Of a stretch of 64,000 nt of DNA, positions 9,543 through 18,401 are shown piece by piece (the stretch's first letter is position 1; the number at the start of each line of letters is the position of its first letter). This stretch comes from an uncultured delta proteobacterium (GTDB lineage: Bacteria > Myxococcota > Myxococcia > Myxococcales > Myxococcaceae). Position numbers and translations under genes: made by a program. The notes beneath the pieces were generated by a model. It worked only from the letters and a program-made list of their open reading frames with translations. It did no database searches and had not been told where the DNA came from. Where the stretch lies: positions 64,001 through 128,000 of the forward strand of contig CAWCKH010000004.1 of assembly GCA_963796055.1 (NCBI GenBank), given 5' to 3'.

Positions 9543-10060
9543 GGGGCCACCCGCGTCTGGAGGGCGACCGACTGCCGCGCCCGGTCGCGTTCCAGCCAGC
9601 TCACCGTCACCCGGACGTTGAGCACGTGCGGCGCGGGCTGGCCCGGCACCAGGGCCCTGGCGAGCAGCGGCGCGCCGGTCTCGTTGCCCTCGAAGCAGGG
9701 GGCACCGCCGTTGCAGGTCCCGGGGCCGTCCACGTCGACGTCCACGTGGTACGAACGGGTGGATCCGGTGGGGGCGCTCCCCAGCATCGTCGAGGCGCCC
9801 CAGCTCACGTCGTAACCCGTGCGGTCCAGGGCGCGGACGTTGTCGCAGAAGGCCGTGTCCGAGCCTCCGTTGCTGCAGCCCAGCGCCAGCACGCGCTCCA
9901 GCTCGCGCTGGGCGATGGCCTCGGCCTGGGCGTTGGCGAGCGTGCGCCGGTTCTGCGCCGTGGCGGAGAGCACCAGCGAGCCGACGGCGGCGATGCCCAT
10001 GGCCATCACCCCCATCGCCATCACCACCTCGAGCAGCGTGGTGCCTCGGCGCGTCCTCAC
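9539..10060 (-). CDS. pilV: Minor pilin, PilV-like
   Basis: GTG start, RTRRG|TTLLEVVMAMGVMAMG, C-terminal VRVTVSW. Confidence 0.82.
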   Translation of the reverse strand: MRTRRGTTLLEVVMAMGVMAMGIAAVGSLVLSATAQNRRTLANAQAEAIAQRELERVLALGCSNGGSDTAFCDNVRALDRTGYDVSWGASTMLGSAPTGSTRSYHVDVDVDGPGTCNGGAPCFEGNETGAPLLARALVPGQPAPHVLNVRVTVSWLERDRARQSVALQTRVAP

Positions 10061-13000
10061 TTGGGGAGCTGCGACTGTGTCGAGACGTCCCACAGGATGA
10101 CCCTCGGCGCCGTGGCCGGCGTGAAGTTGGTCCGGTTGTTCCATGCCGCGTCACCGTAGGCCGTGGCCTGTCCGGTGACGCTGACGCTGAGCACGTGGCC
10201 GTCGTAGATGACCGGGGAGTTGAGGGAGTGACCGCCGAGGTCCTTGCCGCTGCCCGACTGGGCCGAGCCGTCACCCTGGCCGAAGCTGTAGTACTTGCCG
10301 CTGGTGTCGTTGCTCAGGTTGCATGCGTCGGCGGCGTTGCCGACCGCGGTGGTGACGTAGACGAAGTTGGCGTCCAGCGACACGCCACCCCACACCCGCT
10401 GGCCCGGGTCCAGCGCGTTGCTCCAGGTGGGCGCCACCGGAGCGGGCGGGCAGGTGCCCAGCGGATCGGGGTCGGTGTATCCGAAGACGTAGTACCGCGA
10501 GGCGGTGGCATCGTAGGGGTCGTCCGGGCTGTCCGCCGTGCCGAAGAAGAACATCACCGTGTTCTTCCCGTCGGTGATCGGGCCTGGACGGGAGACCAGG
10601 CCGGAGTGGATCTCCTGGTAGGGCCCGTCGCTGCCTCCCACCGCCAGCGGCGCGCTGGCGATGAGACACTTGGGAACCCGGGAACCGAGCGTCAGGGACT
10701 CGTCCCGCTTGCTCAGGTTCAGGCGGTACACCCGCCCGCTGGTCGAGGGGACGTAGAGCACGTCCGAGGTTCCGTCCCCGGGGGTGGCGTCTCCGTAGGT
10801 GGGCTCCCCGCCGATGCCCTCACCCTGCTCGATGGGCACCACACCCACCTGCTTGCCGTTGACCACCACCGGCAGCCCGGTGGCGAGGTCGATGAGGTAG
10901 ATGGCCCCGGCGTAGCCGGAGGCGGGGACGTAGTCGCTGGCCACCGCGGCGATCCACTTGCGGCAGCTCCCCTGGCCGCCCCCGCAGTCCGCGGTGGCGC
11001 TGGTGCCGAAGTCCACCCGGGCGATGACCGGGGCGTGGCGGGTGCCGTTGGTGTCCGGGAGCAGGATGCTGGGGTTGCCCAGCCGCGCGGTGGCGAACGC
11101 GCCGCTCACCGAGCTCATGTCGAACTCCCACTGGAAGATGGGGTAGGTGTCGAGGTCGGGCTGGGTGATGTCCAGCGCGAAGACGCTGCTCTGCCCGCGG
11201 CCCGCCGCCGAGACCAGCATCGTCTTCGCCCCCAGGCCCACCTTGTTGCTGATGGTCCAGGGGAGCACGGTGCTCCCCAGCCCTCCCAGGTCCACGTCGC
11301 CGACCGCGGGCGAGGCGTCCAGCGACGCCGCCGGCGCGCCGGTGATGGTCGGCCCCACGTAGCTGTTGACGTACCGTCCCAGCAGGCGGCGGGGGAGGAA
11401 GGCGAAGCGCTCGGCGCCGTTGCCGTAGTTGCGGGCGTTGATGCCCGGTGGGGTCACGCAGGCGCCGGTGGGCTGGAAGAAGCCCCGGTACAAGGTCTGC
11501 CCCATCTGGCCGAGGCAGGGGTCCGAGGTGGAGGGCGAGTAGTGGCCGGCGGCGAACGCATGCAGCATCCCGCTGCTGGTGTTCACGTACGTATAGGTGT
11601 TGCGCGCCGAGAGCGGGCTGCCATTCAGGATGCCGCTCATGAAACGGGTCTGGAACGAGGTCTGCTCGTCGCCGGTGGTGTTGTAGTACCAGGACGGGAA
11701 GGTGGGCGGCCCCACGACCGCCGGGGTGGAGAGGTTCACTCCCCCCATCGGCCAGGCGCGGCGCACGTTGCTCGGCGCCGGATTCTGGTTGTCCTCCCAG
11801 CCGTAGAGCCAGTCCTTGAGGAAGTCTCGATCGGTCGAGGTGCAGACCCCGTCCTGGTTCAGGTCGAAGACGTACTTGCCGCCGTTGACCCGGCAGAGCT
11901 GGGTGGCCGGGAGCAGCAGATCCTCGGCGGAGTTCACCGTGGAGAGCGCGGCGATCTTCCCGGTCGAGTCCACGGTGAGCAACCGCCGGGTCGACGGTGA
12001 GCCGGCGGTGAGGTCGGTCACCATCTTCCCGCCCGAGTCCCAGCGCTGCACGCCGTGGGTCACGGTGGGCTGCTCCGGATCGTAGATGGACTTGAGGTAG
12101 AGGTGACCGCGGATCGCGAGGTCCCGCTTGGCGTCGTAGTTCCGGGTGGAGGGCGCCGGAGGGCTCGAGGGCCAGGGTCCGGTCCAGCTCTGGCCGGGGG
12201 TCTCGTAGGTGCCGTAGACGAAGGCGTTGCCCACGGTGGAGAGGCTGGAGCGGGAGTAGGAGCCGGCGCGCACCGCCTGGTAACCCACCGAGATGCTCTT
12301 GATGGTGGGCTGGCAGTACTGGTTGGGGCTGGAGAGCCGGGCCTGCCAGCAGAGCTGCGAGCCGGTGAACCCCAGGTCCAGCACGTTGAAGGTGACCTCG
12401 GACGGGTTGCCTGACGGCAGCGGCACCCGGGTCCAGGAGGGGTCGGGGTTGGTGGTGCAGATCCCGCTCGCGCAGAGGTTGCAGTCCACCGCCACGTAGT
12501 AGTCGATGCTCGCCTTGGGCGGCCCGTTGCAGGCGTTGGCCGGGCCGGAGGCCTGGAAGGCGGTGTCGTCGTCCTTGCGGAAGCGGATGTTGGTGATGGT
12601 GAGGTCCGCGACATCGGTGGGGCTGATGTCGCTGGAGACCAGGCCCGAGGTCGCCGTCCCCCCGTTGCTCTTGTTGATCTGGAACACCACGTCGTTGAAG
12701 TCGCGGTCACCACCGCCGCTGAGGTCCTCGAAGCCCAGGATCCAGCGGAACGGGTCGGTGCTCGGCGCGCCCACGATGACGTGCGGCATGCGGTTGGTGG
12801 TGGAGCGAGGAACGCTCACCACCTCGTGAGGCATGGTCAGGTTGTAGCCCCCGTCGGGCGAGGCCAGGCGGGTCAGGGTGGCCTGGTCGAGCCAGCCGGT
12901 GTACGTGCCGCCGTCCACGTTGCACGTGTTCGGGTAGCCGCATCCGATGTCCACCTGGGCCGCAGGGTTGGTCATGTTCAGGTTCTCGTCCATGTTCAGG

Positions 13001-14055
13001 TCGGTGCGGCTGAAGTGGACGACGATCGGGGTGTTGAGCCAGAGCTTGCATACCCCGCCGATCCGGCCGAGGCAGCCCGCCTGCGGCTGGCCGGTGTAGA
13101 AGGTGACCAGGTAGAAGATGATCTCCCGGTTGCCTGGCAGCGTGCCGAGGTTGAGCGTCCGGTCGTAGAGCGACACGCCCGGATCGGGATTGCTGCCCGC
13201 CGGTAGGAGCCGGCCGTTCCCGTCGTAGGCGCTCACGTCGTAGTCCGGCACGCCGTCCGCCTTGCTGGAGATGTCCTTCACCGGGACCAGCGCCTTGGTG
13301 GTGGTGTCGGTGTCGTCGTCGGCGTTGAGGAAGACCAGGTGCCCGAGGCCCAGGCCACCGTTCGCCGGGTCCGCGGGCTCGAGGAGGTTGGGGACGCGGG
13401 CGTAGAGGCCGTTGTCGGTGTACTCGAGGTTCGGGGTGGTGGGCGTGCTGCCATTGGCCTTCCCCACCTGCCAGCCCGAGACCGAGCCCATCCCGCCGTC
13501 GGCGAGGAAGGCGGTCTTGCTGGTGGTCCCGTACGTCGTGCCGCAGGCGTCGGTGGCGATCTCCGGCTCCACCAGCTTCACCCCGTTCCAGGTGAAGGTG
13601 GGCGGGGTCGCGCCACACTTGCGGAACTTCCCGATGTAGCGGTTCTGGGAGAGGTTGTAGATGTCCTCGTGGAGGTCGGGGATGCCGTCCGCATCGGAGT
13701 CGAGCAGGTTCCCGCTCGCGTCCATGTACCCCCGCTTCACCAGGTCGTCGGCGTACAGCCAGCCCAGCGCCCAGCCGGCGCCGCCGGCGTTGTAGACGTA
13801 GCTGATGCTCACGTTCTGGTCGAACGGGAGCTGGATCTTCTGCGGGTTCAGCACGTCGAGGTTGGTGTTCAGCCGGAGCACCGCCGGATTGCCCACCACC
13901 TGGACGGTCTTCAGGCTCTGGAAGCCTCCGTCGGCGAAGTCCGGCTGGCGATTTTGTGCGAGGTCGTCCTTGCAGAGCGCGGCCAGGTTGCCGCCCTGCG
14001 CCACCAGTGCCCAGCAACAGACGAGCACCGCCAGTGCCGTTGCCAGCCGCTTCAT
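10057..14055 (-). CDS. pilY1: PilY1 pilus-tip adhesin with DUF4114-type Ca-binding domain
   Basis: Signal peptide; GFEDLSGGGDRDFNDVVF (DUF4114-like); C-terminal PilY1 propeller motifs STPAVVG, GMLHAF, ERFAFLP, VFALDIT, FFGT; many Cys. Confidence 0.88.
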   Translation of the reverse strand: MKRLATALAVLVCCWALVAQGGNLAALCKDDLAQNRQPDFADGGFQSLKTVQVVGNPAVLRLNTNLDVLNPQKIQLPFDQNVSISYVYNAGGAGWALGWLYADDLVKRGYMDASGNLLDSDADGIPDLHEDIYNLSQNRYIGKFRKCGATPPTFTWNGVKLVEPEIATDACGTTYGTTSKTAFLADGGMGSVSGWQVGKANGSTPTTPNLEYTDNGLYARVPNLLEPADPANGGLGLGHLVFLNADDDTDTTTKALVPVKDISSKADGVPDYDVSAYDGNGRLLPAGSNPDPGVSLYDRTLNLGTLPGNREIIFYLVTFYTGQPQAGCLGRIGGVCKLWLNTPIVVHFSRTDLNMDENLNMTNPAAQVDIGCGYPNTCNVDGGTYTGWLDQATLTRLASPDGGYNLTMPHEVVSVPRSTTNRMPHVIVGAPSTDPFRWILGFEDLSGGGDRDFNDVVFQINKSNGGTATSGLVSSDISPTDVADLTITNIRFRKDDDTAFQASGPANACNGPPKASIDYYVAVDCNLCASGICTTNPDPSWTRVPLPSGNPSEVTFNVLDLGFTGSQLCWQARLSSPNQYCQPTIKSISVGYQAVRAGSYSRSSLSTVGNAFVYGTYETPGQSWTGPWPSSPPAPSTRNYDAKRDLAIRGHLYLKSIYDPEQPTVTHGVQRWDSGGKMVTDLTAGSPSTRRLLTVDSTGKIAALSTVNSAEDLLLPATQLCRVNGGKYVFDLNQDGVCTSTDRDFLKDWLYGWEDNQNPAPSNVRRAWPMGGVNLSTPAVVGPPTFPSWYYNTTGDEQTSFQTRFMSGILNGSPLSARNTYTYVNTSSGMLHAFAAGHYSPSTSDPCLGQMGQTLYRGFFQPTGACVTPPGINARNYGNGAERFAFLPRRLLGRYVNSYVGPTITGAPAASLDASPAVGDVDLGGLGSTVLPWTISNKVGLGAKTMLVSAAGRGQSSVFALDITQPDLDTYPIFQWEFDMSSVSGAFATARLGNPSILLPDTNGTRHAPVIARVDFGTSATADCGGGQGSCRKWIAAVASDYVPASGYAGAIYLIDLATGLPVVVNGKQVGVVPIEQGEGIGGEPTYGDATPGDGTSDVLYVPSTSGRVYRLNLSKRDESLTLGSRVPKCLIASAPLAVGGSDGPYQEIHSGLVSRPGPITDGKNTVMFFFGTADSPDDPYDATASRYYVFGYTDPDPLGTCPPAPVAPTWSNALDPGQRVWGGVSLDANFVYVTTAVGNAADACNLSNDTSGKYYSFGQGDGSAQSGSGKDLGGHSLNSPVIYDGHVLSVSVTGQATAYGDAAWNNRTNFTPATAPRVILWDVSTQSQLPK

Positions 14056-14504
14056 GGCCGCTTCCCTCCTCGCCTCGCCCGGGCGGTGGGGACGCCGGCC
14101 TTCGCGGCCCGCGCCTGATCCTGGGCCAGCGACTGGCGGAGGCGCTCCTTGCGCGGAGGCGCCTCGGGCACCACCCGGGACATCAGGAAGGCCATGACGT
14201 CGTCCAGCTGCGCCGCCGGCAGCTGCCGCGTGTCACAGCTCGTGTCGCGCCGTACCGCGACCGGGTTCTGGATCCACGCCCGAGCCGGATCGTAGCCCTT
14301 GGACAGGAGCGCCTCGGTCAAATCCGGGCCGGCGCCGGGGCGGGCGTTTCGCCGGTCGGCGTGTGGCTCCCGCTCCCCGGCGGGGACCTGGCTCGCCGCG
14401 TGGCACCGGGCGCAGGCGGAGGCGAACGCACTGGCGCCCACGTCGGGGTCGGCCGCCAGGGCGGGCAAGGAGAGCAGCAGGGCGATGGAGACAAGGCGAG
14501 GCAC
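14052..14504 (-). CDS. tfcP: TfcP-like non-canonical cytochrome c
   Basis: Signal peptide, CARCH heme motif, GPDL, WIQNP...DTSCD (Cys where class I cytochromes have the distal Met), charged C-terminal extension; between pilX and pilY1. Confidence 0.82.
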   Translation of the reverse strand: MPRLVSIALLLSLPALAADPDVGASAFASACARCHAASQVPAGEREPHADRRNARPGAGPDLTEALLSKGYDPARAWIQNPVAVRRDTSCDTRQLPAAQLDDVMAFLMSRVVPEAPPRKERLRQSLAQDQARAAKAGVPTARARRGGKRP

Positions 14505-14514
14505 GTCTGTCCTC

Positions 14515-15249
14515 TCAGAGGCTGGTGGTCTGGTTGGCGTTGATGGGGGCGTTCTCGTTCAGGTGAACGGGATCCCGAATCTTGTCGGAGTAGCTGTACC
14601 CGGTGCCGACTGCGCCGGTGCCCGGGCGCACCAGCGCGCGCACCACCGCCTGCACCGGGACACCGGCGCCGACCTGCACCTGCCCCACCGCGACCAGCCA
14701 CACCGTGCCGTTGGTATCGACGGTGAGGTCGCCATCCCCGTCGTCGTCGTCGCGAAGGAAGACGCGGTAGGCGACACGCGAGGCGTCCGGGTAGCTGGTG
14801 TAGGGGGCGCCGTCCGAGGCGACGAGCTCCAGGCCGGCGGTGGTGACGTCCGAGTCCAGGGCCTGCGCCCCGCTGGCGTCGGGCGCCCGCGACAGCACGT
14901 ACCCCACCCAGGCCTCCGGCGTGCTGCCCAGCGGGACCTGGTACCAGGGGTCGCCGGCGACGCCCACGTCCGCCGCGGGGGCGAGCGCGGCGAGGATGGC
15001 GTTGGTCGGCTGCGGTGAGGGGATCGCCGCGGTCTGCAGCCGGAGCCACTCGCGCGCCTCGGCCAGGCCTGCCTCGGCGGCGAAGAACGCCTCCTTCGCC
15101 CGGCGATCCTGCCCCGCCGGATCCGACTGCGCGGTGATGAGGTTGAGCGTGGTGATGGCGCCGAGGGTGAGAAAGGTCACCACCCCCAGCGACAGCAGCA
15201 GCGTCGCACCGCGCGGGTGTCTCGCTCTCGCTCTGGGTCGGCGGCTCAT
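14515..15249 (-). CDS. pilX: Minor pilin, PilX-like
   Basis: HPRG|ATLLLSLGVV (no Glu5, typical of PilX), AFFAAEAGLAEAR, RVFLRDDDD. Confidence 0.82.
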   Translation of the reverse strand: MSRRPRARARHPRGATLLLSLGVVTFLTLGAITTLNLITAQSDPAGQDRRAKEAFFAAEAGLAEAREWLRLQTAAIPSPQPTNAILAALAPAADVGVAGDPWYQVPLGSTPEAWVGYVLSRAPDASGAQALDSDVTTAGLELVASDGAPYTSYPDASRVAYRVFLRDDDDGDGDLTVDTNGTVWLVAVGQVQVGAGVPVQAVVRALVRPGTGAVGTGYSYSDKIRDPVHLNENAPINANQTTSL

Positions 15250-15400
15250 TGCGCCGGCCCAACAGTGCAAGCCCTTGTCCCAGCACCAAGAGCCCGAGTT
15301 CCGGGGACTCGTCCCGTGGACGGGGTGGGTCATCACCGGCCCGGTGGGTCGGCAAAGCTTGCGGCAGCCCCGGCGACGATGTGAGACAGCGGCCCCGACC

Positions 15401-15967
15401 ATGCGATTGCTTCTCGCCTCGACCTCGCCGGCGCGCCGGGCGCTGCTCGACGCGCTGGGGGTGCCCTACTCCGCCGAGGCGCCCGGCGTGGACGAGGAGG
15501 TGCCCGAGGGAACTCCGGTGGAGGACGCGGTCCGGATGCTCGCGCTGCGGAAGGCGCGGGCGGTCTCCGCGCGGCATGCCGATGCGCTGGTGCTCGGCGC
15601 CGACCAGCTCGCCGAGGTGGACGGCCGGGTGCTCGGAAAGCCGGAGTCGCGGGAGGCGGCGGGCGCGCAGCTCGGGTCATTGCTCGGACGGAGCCACCGG
15701 CTGCTGACCGCCGTGGCGCTGGTGGGCGGCGGCGACGAGCAGCTCGCGCTGGACGTGGTCACCCTGCGCTTCCACCCGTTGGCTCCCGAGGAGCTGGAGC
15801 GCTACCTCGACACCGGGGAGTGGCGGGGGTGCGCCGGCGGCTACCGCATCGAGGGCCGCGGACAGGCGCTGGTGGCCGCGCTCGACGGGGACCGCACCTC
15901 GGTCCAGGGGCTGCCGATGCTCCCCGTGGTCCGGATGCTCCGCGCCCGCGGCTTCCCGCTTCTGTAA
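15401..15967 (+). CDS. maf: Maf family nucleoside triphosphate pyrophosphatase
   Basis: LLLASTSPARRALL, VDE, KAR, GADQ, LGKP, AGGYRIEG, VQGLP. Confidence 0.93.
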   Translation: MRLLLASTSPARRALLDALGVPYSAEAPGVDEEVPEGTPVEDAVRMLALRKARAVSARHADALVLGADQLAEVDGRVLGKPESREAAGAQLGSLLGRSHRLLTAVALVGGGDEQLALDVVTLRFHPLAPEELERYLDTGEWRGCAGGYRIEGRGQALVAALDGDRTSVQGLPMLPVVRMLRARGFPLL

Positions 15968-15968
15968 G

Positions 15969-16063
15969 TCAGGGCGGTCGCGCCCGACGGCCTGGTCGAA
16001 GACTCTCAGGCCCGCAGTCATCGAGATCAGGGCGGCCGCGGCACGGTCGTCAGGGCGGCCGCG
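15969..16063. repeat. Three dispersed 14-bp direct repeats TCAGGGCGG[T/C]CGCG in a convergent intergenic gap
   Basis: Copies at 15969-15982, 16027-16040 and 16050-16063. Confidence 0.75.
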
Positions 16064-16080
16064 TCCGAGCTCCCCCGGGC

Positions 16081-17058
16081 TCAGGCCGAGGCGGTCACCG
16101 GCTCCCTGCGCAGCTCCTCGGCGATGGAACGGGCCGCCTCGCGCGCCCGGGGAAGCTCGTCGGGCCTGAAGCTCATCGCCGCCACCACCGGGTGCCCGCC
16201 GCCGCCCCAGCGCTCGGCGATGGCCGACAGGTCGTGGCGCCGCAGCTCCGGCCGCCAGGGGTTGCTGCCGATGGAGACCTTGGACCGCTTCGCTCCGCGG
16301 CCCACCCAGACCACGTAGCGGGCGTCGGGGAAGAGATCGTAGGCGATGAACTTGTTCATCGCGTCCAGCCCCTCGTCCGCGACGTCGAAGAAGACCACCC
16401 CGCGGTCGATGGCCGCCTTCCTCCGCACCACCTCGCGGTTGTGCTGGTGGCGCTCGAGGAGCGGACGGAACGGCTCCTGGATCATCGGCCGCGATGCCAC
16501 CTCGGAGAGCGTGTGGCGGTGCAGAAGCCGGATGACCTCCGGGATGAGCTCCGGGTCGTGGTTGGCCTCGAGCACCGTCATCAGCTGGAGCGCGGGCTCG
16601 CGGAGCCCCACTGCCATCTGGGGGCTGGGGAACTGCGCCCCGTCGATGATCTCCGCCCACTCCAGCAGCTCGGTCATCGGCCCGGGATCGAACCCGAAGC
16701 GGGCCCGGGCCACGTCCGCCAGGTACACCGTGCAGCTCTTCCGCCGGGCATCGTGGAACTTTCGTCCCGAGGCGTCGGCCAGGAAGTGGGCCGCGTCCCC
16801 GTCGTTCTGGAAGGCCGAGGCATGGTGGTCGAACCACCAGGTCAGCTTCGGAGACTGGCTGTACCGGAAGTCGACGATGGCGTTCTCGTCCCCCTGGAAC
16901 GCCGAGTCGGGCAGCGCGGCGCCGCCCGCCTGGTGTGACACACCTTGATACGTGAGTGTGGCACCCGGACGGATCCGCTCCAGATAGAAGCGCGAGAAGA
17001 CTGCGGCGCTCGCCGCGCCATCGAAGCAATTGTCGTGGAAGAGCACGTGCATCCGCAT
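16081..17058 (-). CDS. DHH-family phosphoesterase
   Basis: FHDNCFDG, IVDF, WWFDHH, WGGGGHP. Confidence 0.88.
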   Translation of the reverse strand: MRMHVLFHDNCFDGAASAAVFSRFYLERIRPGATLTYQGVSHQAGGAALPDSAFQGDENAIVDFRYSQSPKLTWWFDHHASAFQNDGDAAHFLADASGRKFHDARRKSCTVYLADVARARFGFDPGPMTELLEWAEIIDGAQFPSPQMAVGLREPALQLMTVLEANHDPELIPEVIRLLHRHTLSEVASRPMIQEPFRPLLERHQHNREVVRRKAAIDRGVVFFDVADEGLDAMNKFIAYDLFPDARYVVWVGRGAKRSKVSIGSNPWRPELRRHDLSAIAERWGGGGHPVVAAMSFRPDELPRAREAARSIAEELRREPVTASA

Positions 17059-17252
17059 CTTGGTAGGACGGACTACCACCCCACCCCGTCGCTGCGGGAG
17101 AGGGAATTCGCCCCCTTCGCTCGACGCCCCGGGGACGCTCCACCTCCGACCTGCCGCCCTCGAGCCTGAAAGAACGACAGCCCGTCGGCTTCCCGACAGG
17201 GGCCGTGTCACGGACTCCCTGGAAGAACACACGTTCTCCCCCGGTCCCCGCA

Positions 17253-17268
17253 CGGCACGGTGCCTGCT
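17253..17268 (+). promoter_or_regulatory. Candidate sigma54 (-24/-12) promoter
   Basis: CGGCACG-GTGC-CTGCT with GG-N10-GC spacing, about 50 nt upstream of ORF 17321. Confidence 0.55.
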
Positions 17269-17320
17269 ACGGACCTCCACCAGATTCGCCGGACATCGCT
17301 CCGGCTCCCACGGAGGGAAC

Positions 17321-17530
17321 ATGCGAAAGTCGTCGGGGAAGAAGAACACGCGGTTGCAGCGGCTGAAGCAGCGGGCCAGGGCGCACCACCAGGCCGTGCA
17401 GACCACCCTCGGTGAGCTCATTGCCGCTGCCTTCGACACCGTGGGCAACGAGGTGAAGGACGTGGCCCGCCTGCTGTCCTCCCGGGAGATCGGCCGGGCG
17501 GCGCACGCGCGCATCGTCCTGGTCCAGTAG
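17321..17530 (+). CDS. Small basic hypothetical protein (69 aa)
   Basis: GGAGGG RBS; MRKSSGKKNTRLQRLK...TTLGELIAAAFDTVG...RIVLVQ; GC3-rich codons. Confidence 0.75.
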   Translation: MRKSSGKKNTRLQRLKQRARAHHQAVQTTLGELIAAAFDTVGNEVKDVARLLSSREIGRAAHARIVLVQ

Positions 17531-17575
17531 CTCCCGGCCGGCCTAGCCTCGACTGCTCCCCACGAGGTTGGCCGG

Positions 17576-18388
17576 CTGATCGACACCCATTGCCACCTGG
17601 ACGTCCCCCGGTTCGACCCGGACCGTGACGCGGTGCTCGCGCGCGCGTGGGCGGCAGGGGTGAAAGGCATCCTGGTTCCGGCCATCGGACCGGATGCCTG
17701 GGAGGGGCTGCTCGGCCTGCCCCGGAGCGACCCGAGGCTGGAGGTGGCGCTGGGCATTCACCCCCAGTTGCTCCCCACACTTCCGGAAAGCCAGGACGGG
17801 CCCTCGCTCGAGCGGCTCGATGCGCTCCTCGGCTCGGGCGCTGCGATCGCGGTCGGCGAATGCGGGCTGGATGGCCCCAGTGTCCCCGGCGCCCCGATGG
17901 AGCGTCAGCTCCGGGTGCTCGACGCGCATGCGCGGCTCGCCCGGAAGCACCAGCTCCCGCTGCTCGTGCACTGCCAGCGGGCACACCCCGCGCTGGAGGA
18001 GTGGCTGGCACGCGCGCAGCTGCCCGACGCCGGGGTGGTGCTCCACAGCTACAGCGGTGGGCCGGGCCGGGTCGGGGCGTACGTGGCCCGCGGCTGTCAC
18101 CTGAGCTTCGCCGGACCGGTGAGCTGGCCCGAGGCCCGGAAGCCGCTGGAGGCGCTCCGGCTCACCCCCCGCGAGCGGCTGCTGGTCGAGACCGACGCGC
18201 CCGACCAGGCGCCCGCCCCGCACCGGGGAGGACGGAACGAGCCGGCGTTCCTGGTGCAGGTGGTCGAGGCGACGGCGGCGGCCCTCGGGGAGCCGGTCGA
18301 GGCCACCGGTGCGCTGGTGGCGGAGAACGCCCGGCGGCTCTTCCCGGCGTTCCGCGGTCCCCGCGCGCCGGCGAGCGGGACGCGCTAG
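17576..18388 (+). CDS. tatD: TatD-family nuclease (probable CTG start)
   Basis: IDTHCHLD, LGIHP, AVGECGLD, VLHSYSG, LVETDAPD, RNEPA; HxH lies upstream of the ORF-track start at 17633. Confidence 0.92.
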   Translation: MIDTHCHLDVPRFDPDRDAVLARAWAAGVKGILVPAIGPDAWEGLLGLPRSDPRLEVALGIHPQLLPTLPESQDGPSLERLDALLGSGAAIAVGECGLDGPSVPGAPMERQLRVLDAHARLARKHQLPLLVHCQRAHPALEEWLARAQLPDAGVVLHSYSGGPGRVGAYVARGCHLSFAGPVSWPEARKPLEALRLTPRERLLVETDAPDQAPAPHRGGRNEPAFLVQVVEATAAALGEPVEATGALVAENARRLFPAFRGPRAPASGTR

Positions 18389-18401
18389 AGAAGGGCCGCC
18401 C

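Noticed and set aside
15266..15282. Sigma54-like element upstream of pilX (minus strand GGGACAA-GGGC-TTGCA)
   Set aside because: Spacing and -12 fit, but the -24 element deviates from TGGCAC; too weak to call.
15333..17757. Extended ORF-track starts (DHH from 17757, likewise mutY from 19091 and recQ from 58006)
   Set aside because: The extensions overlap other real genes; recognisable family sequence begins at the downstream starts used here.
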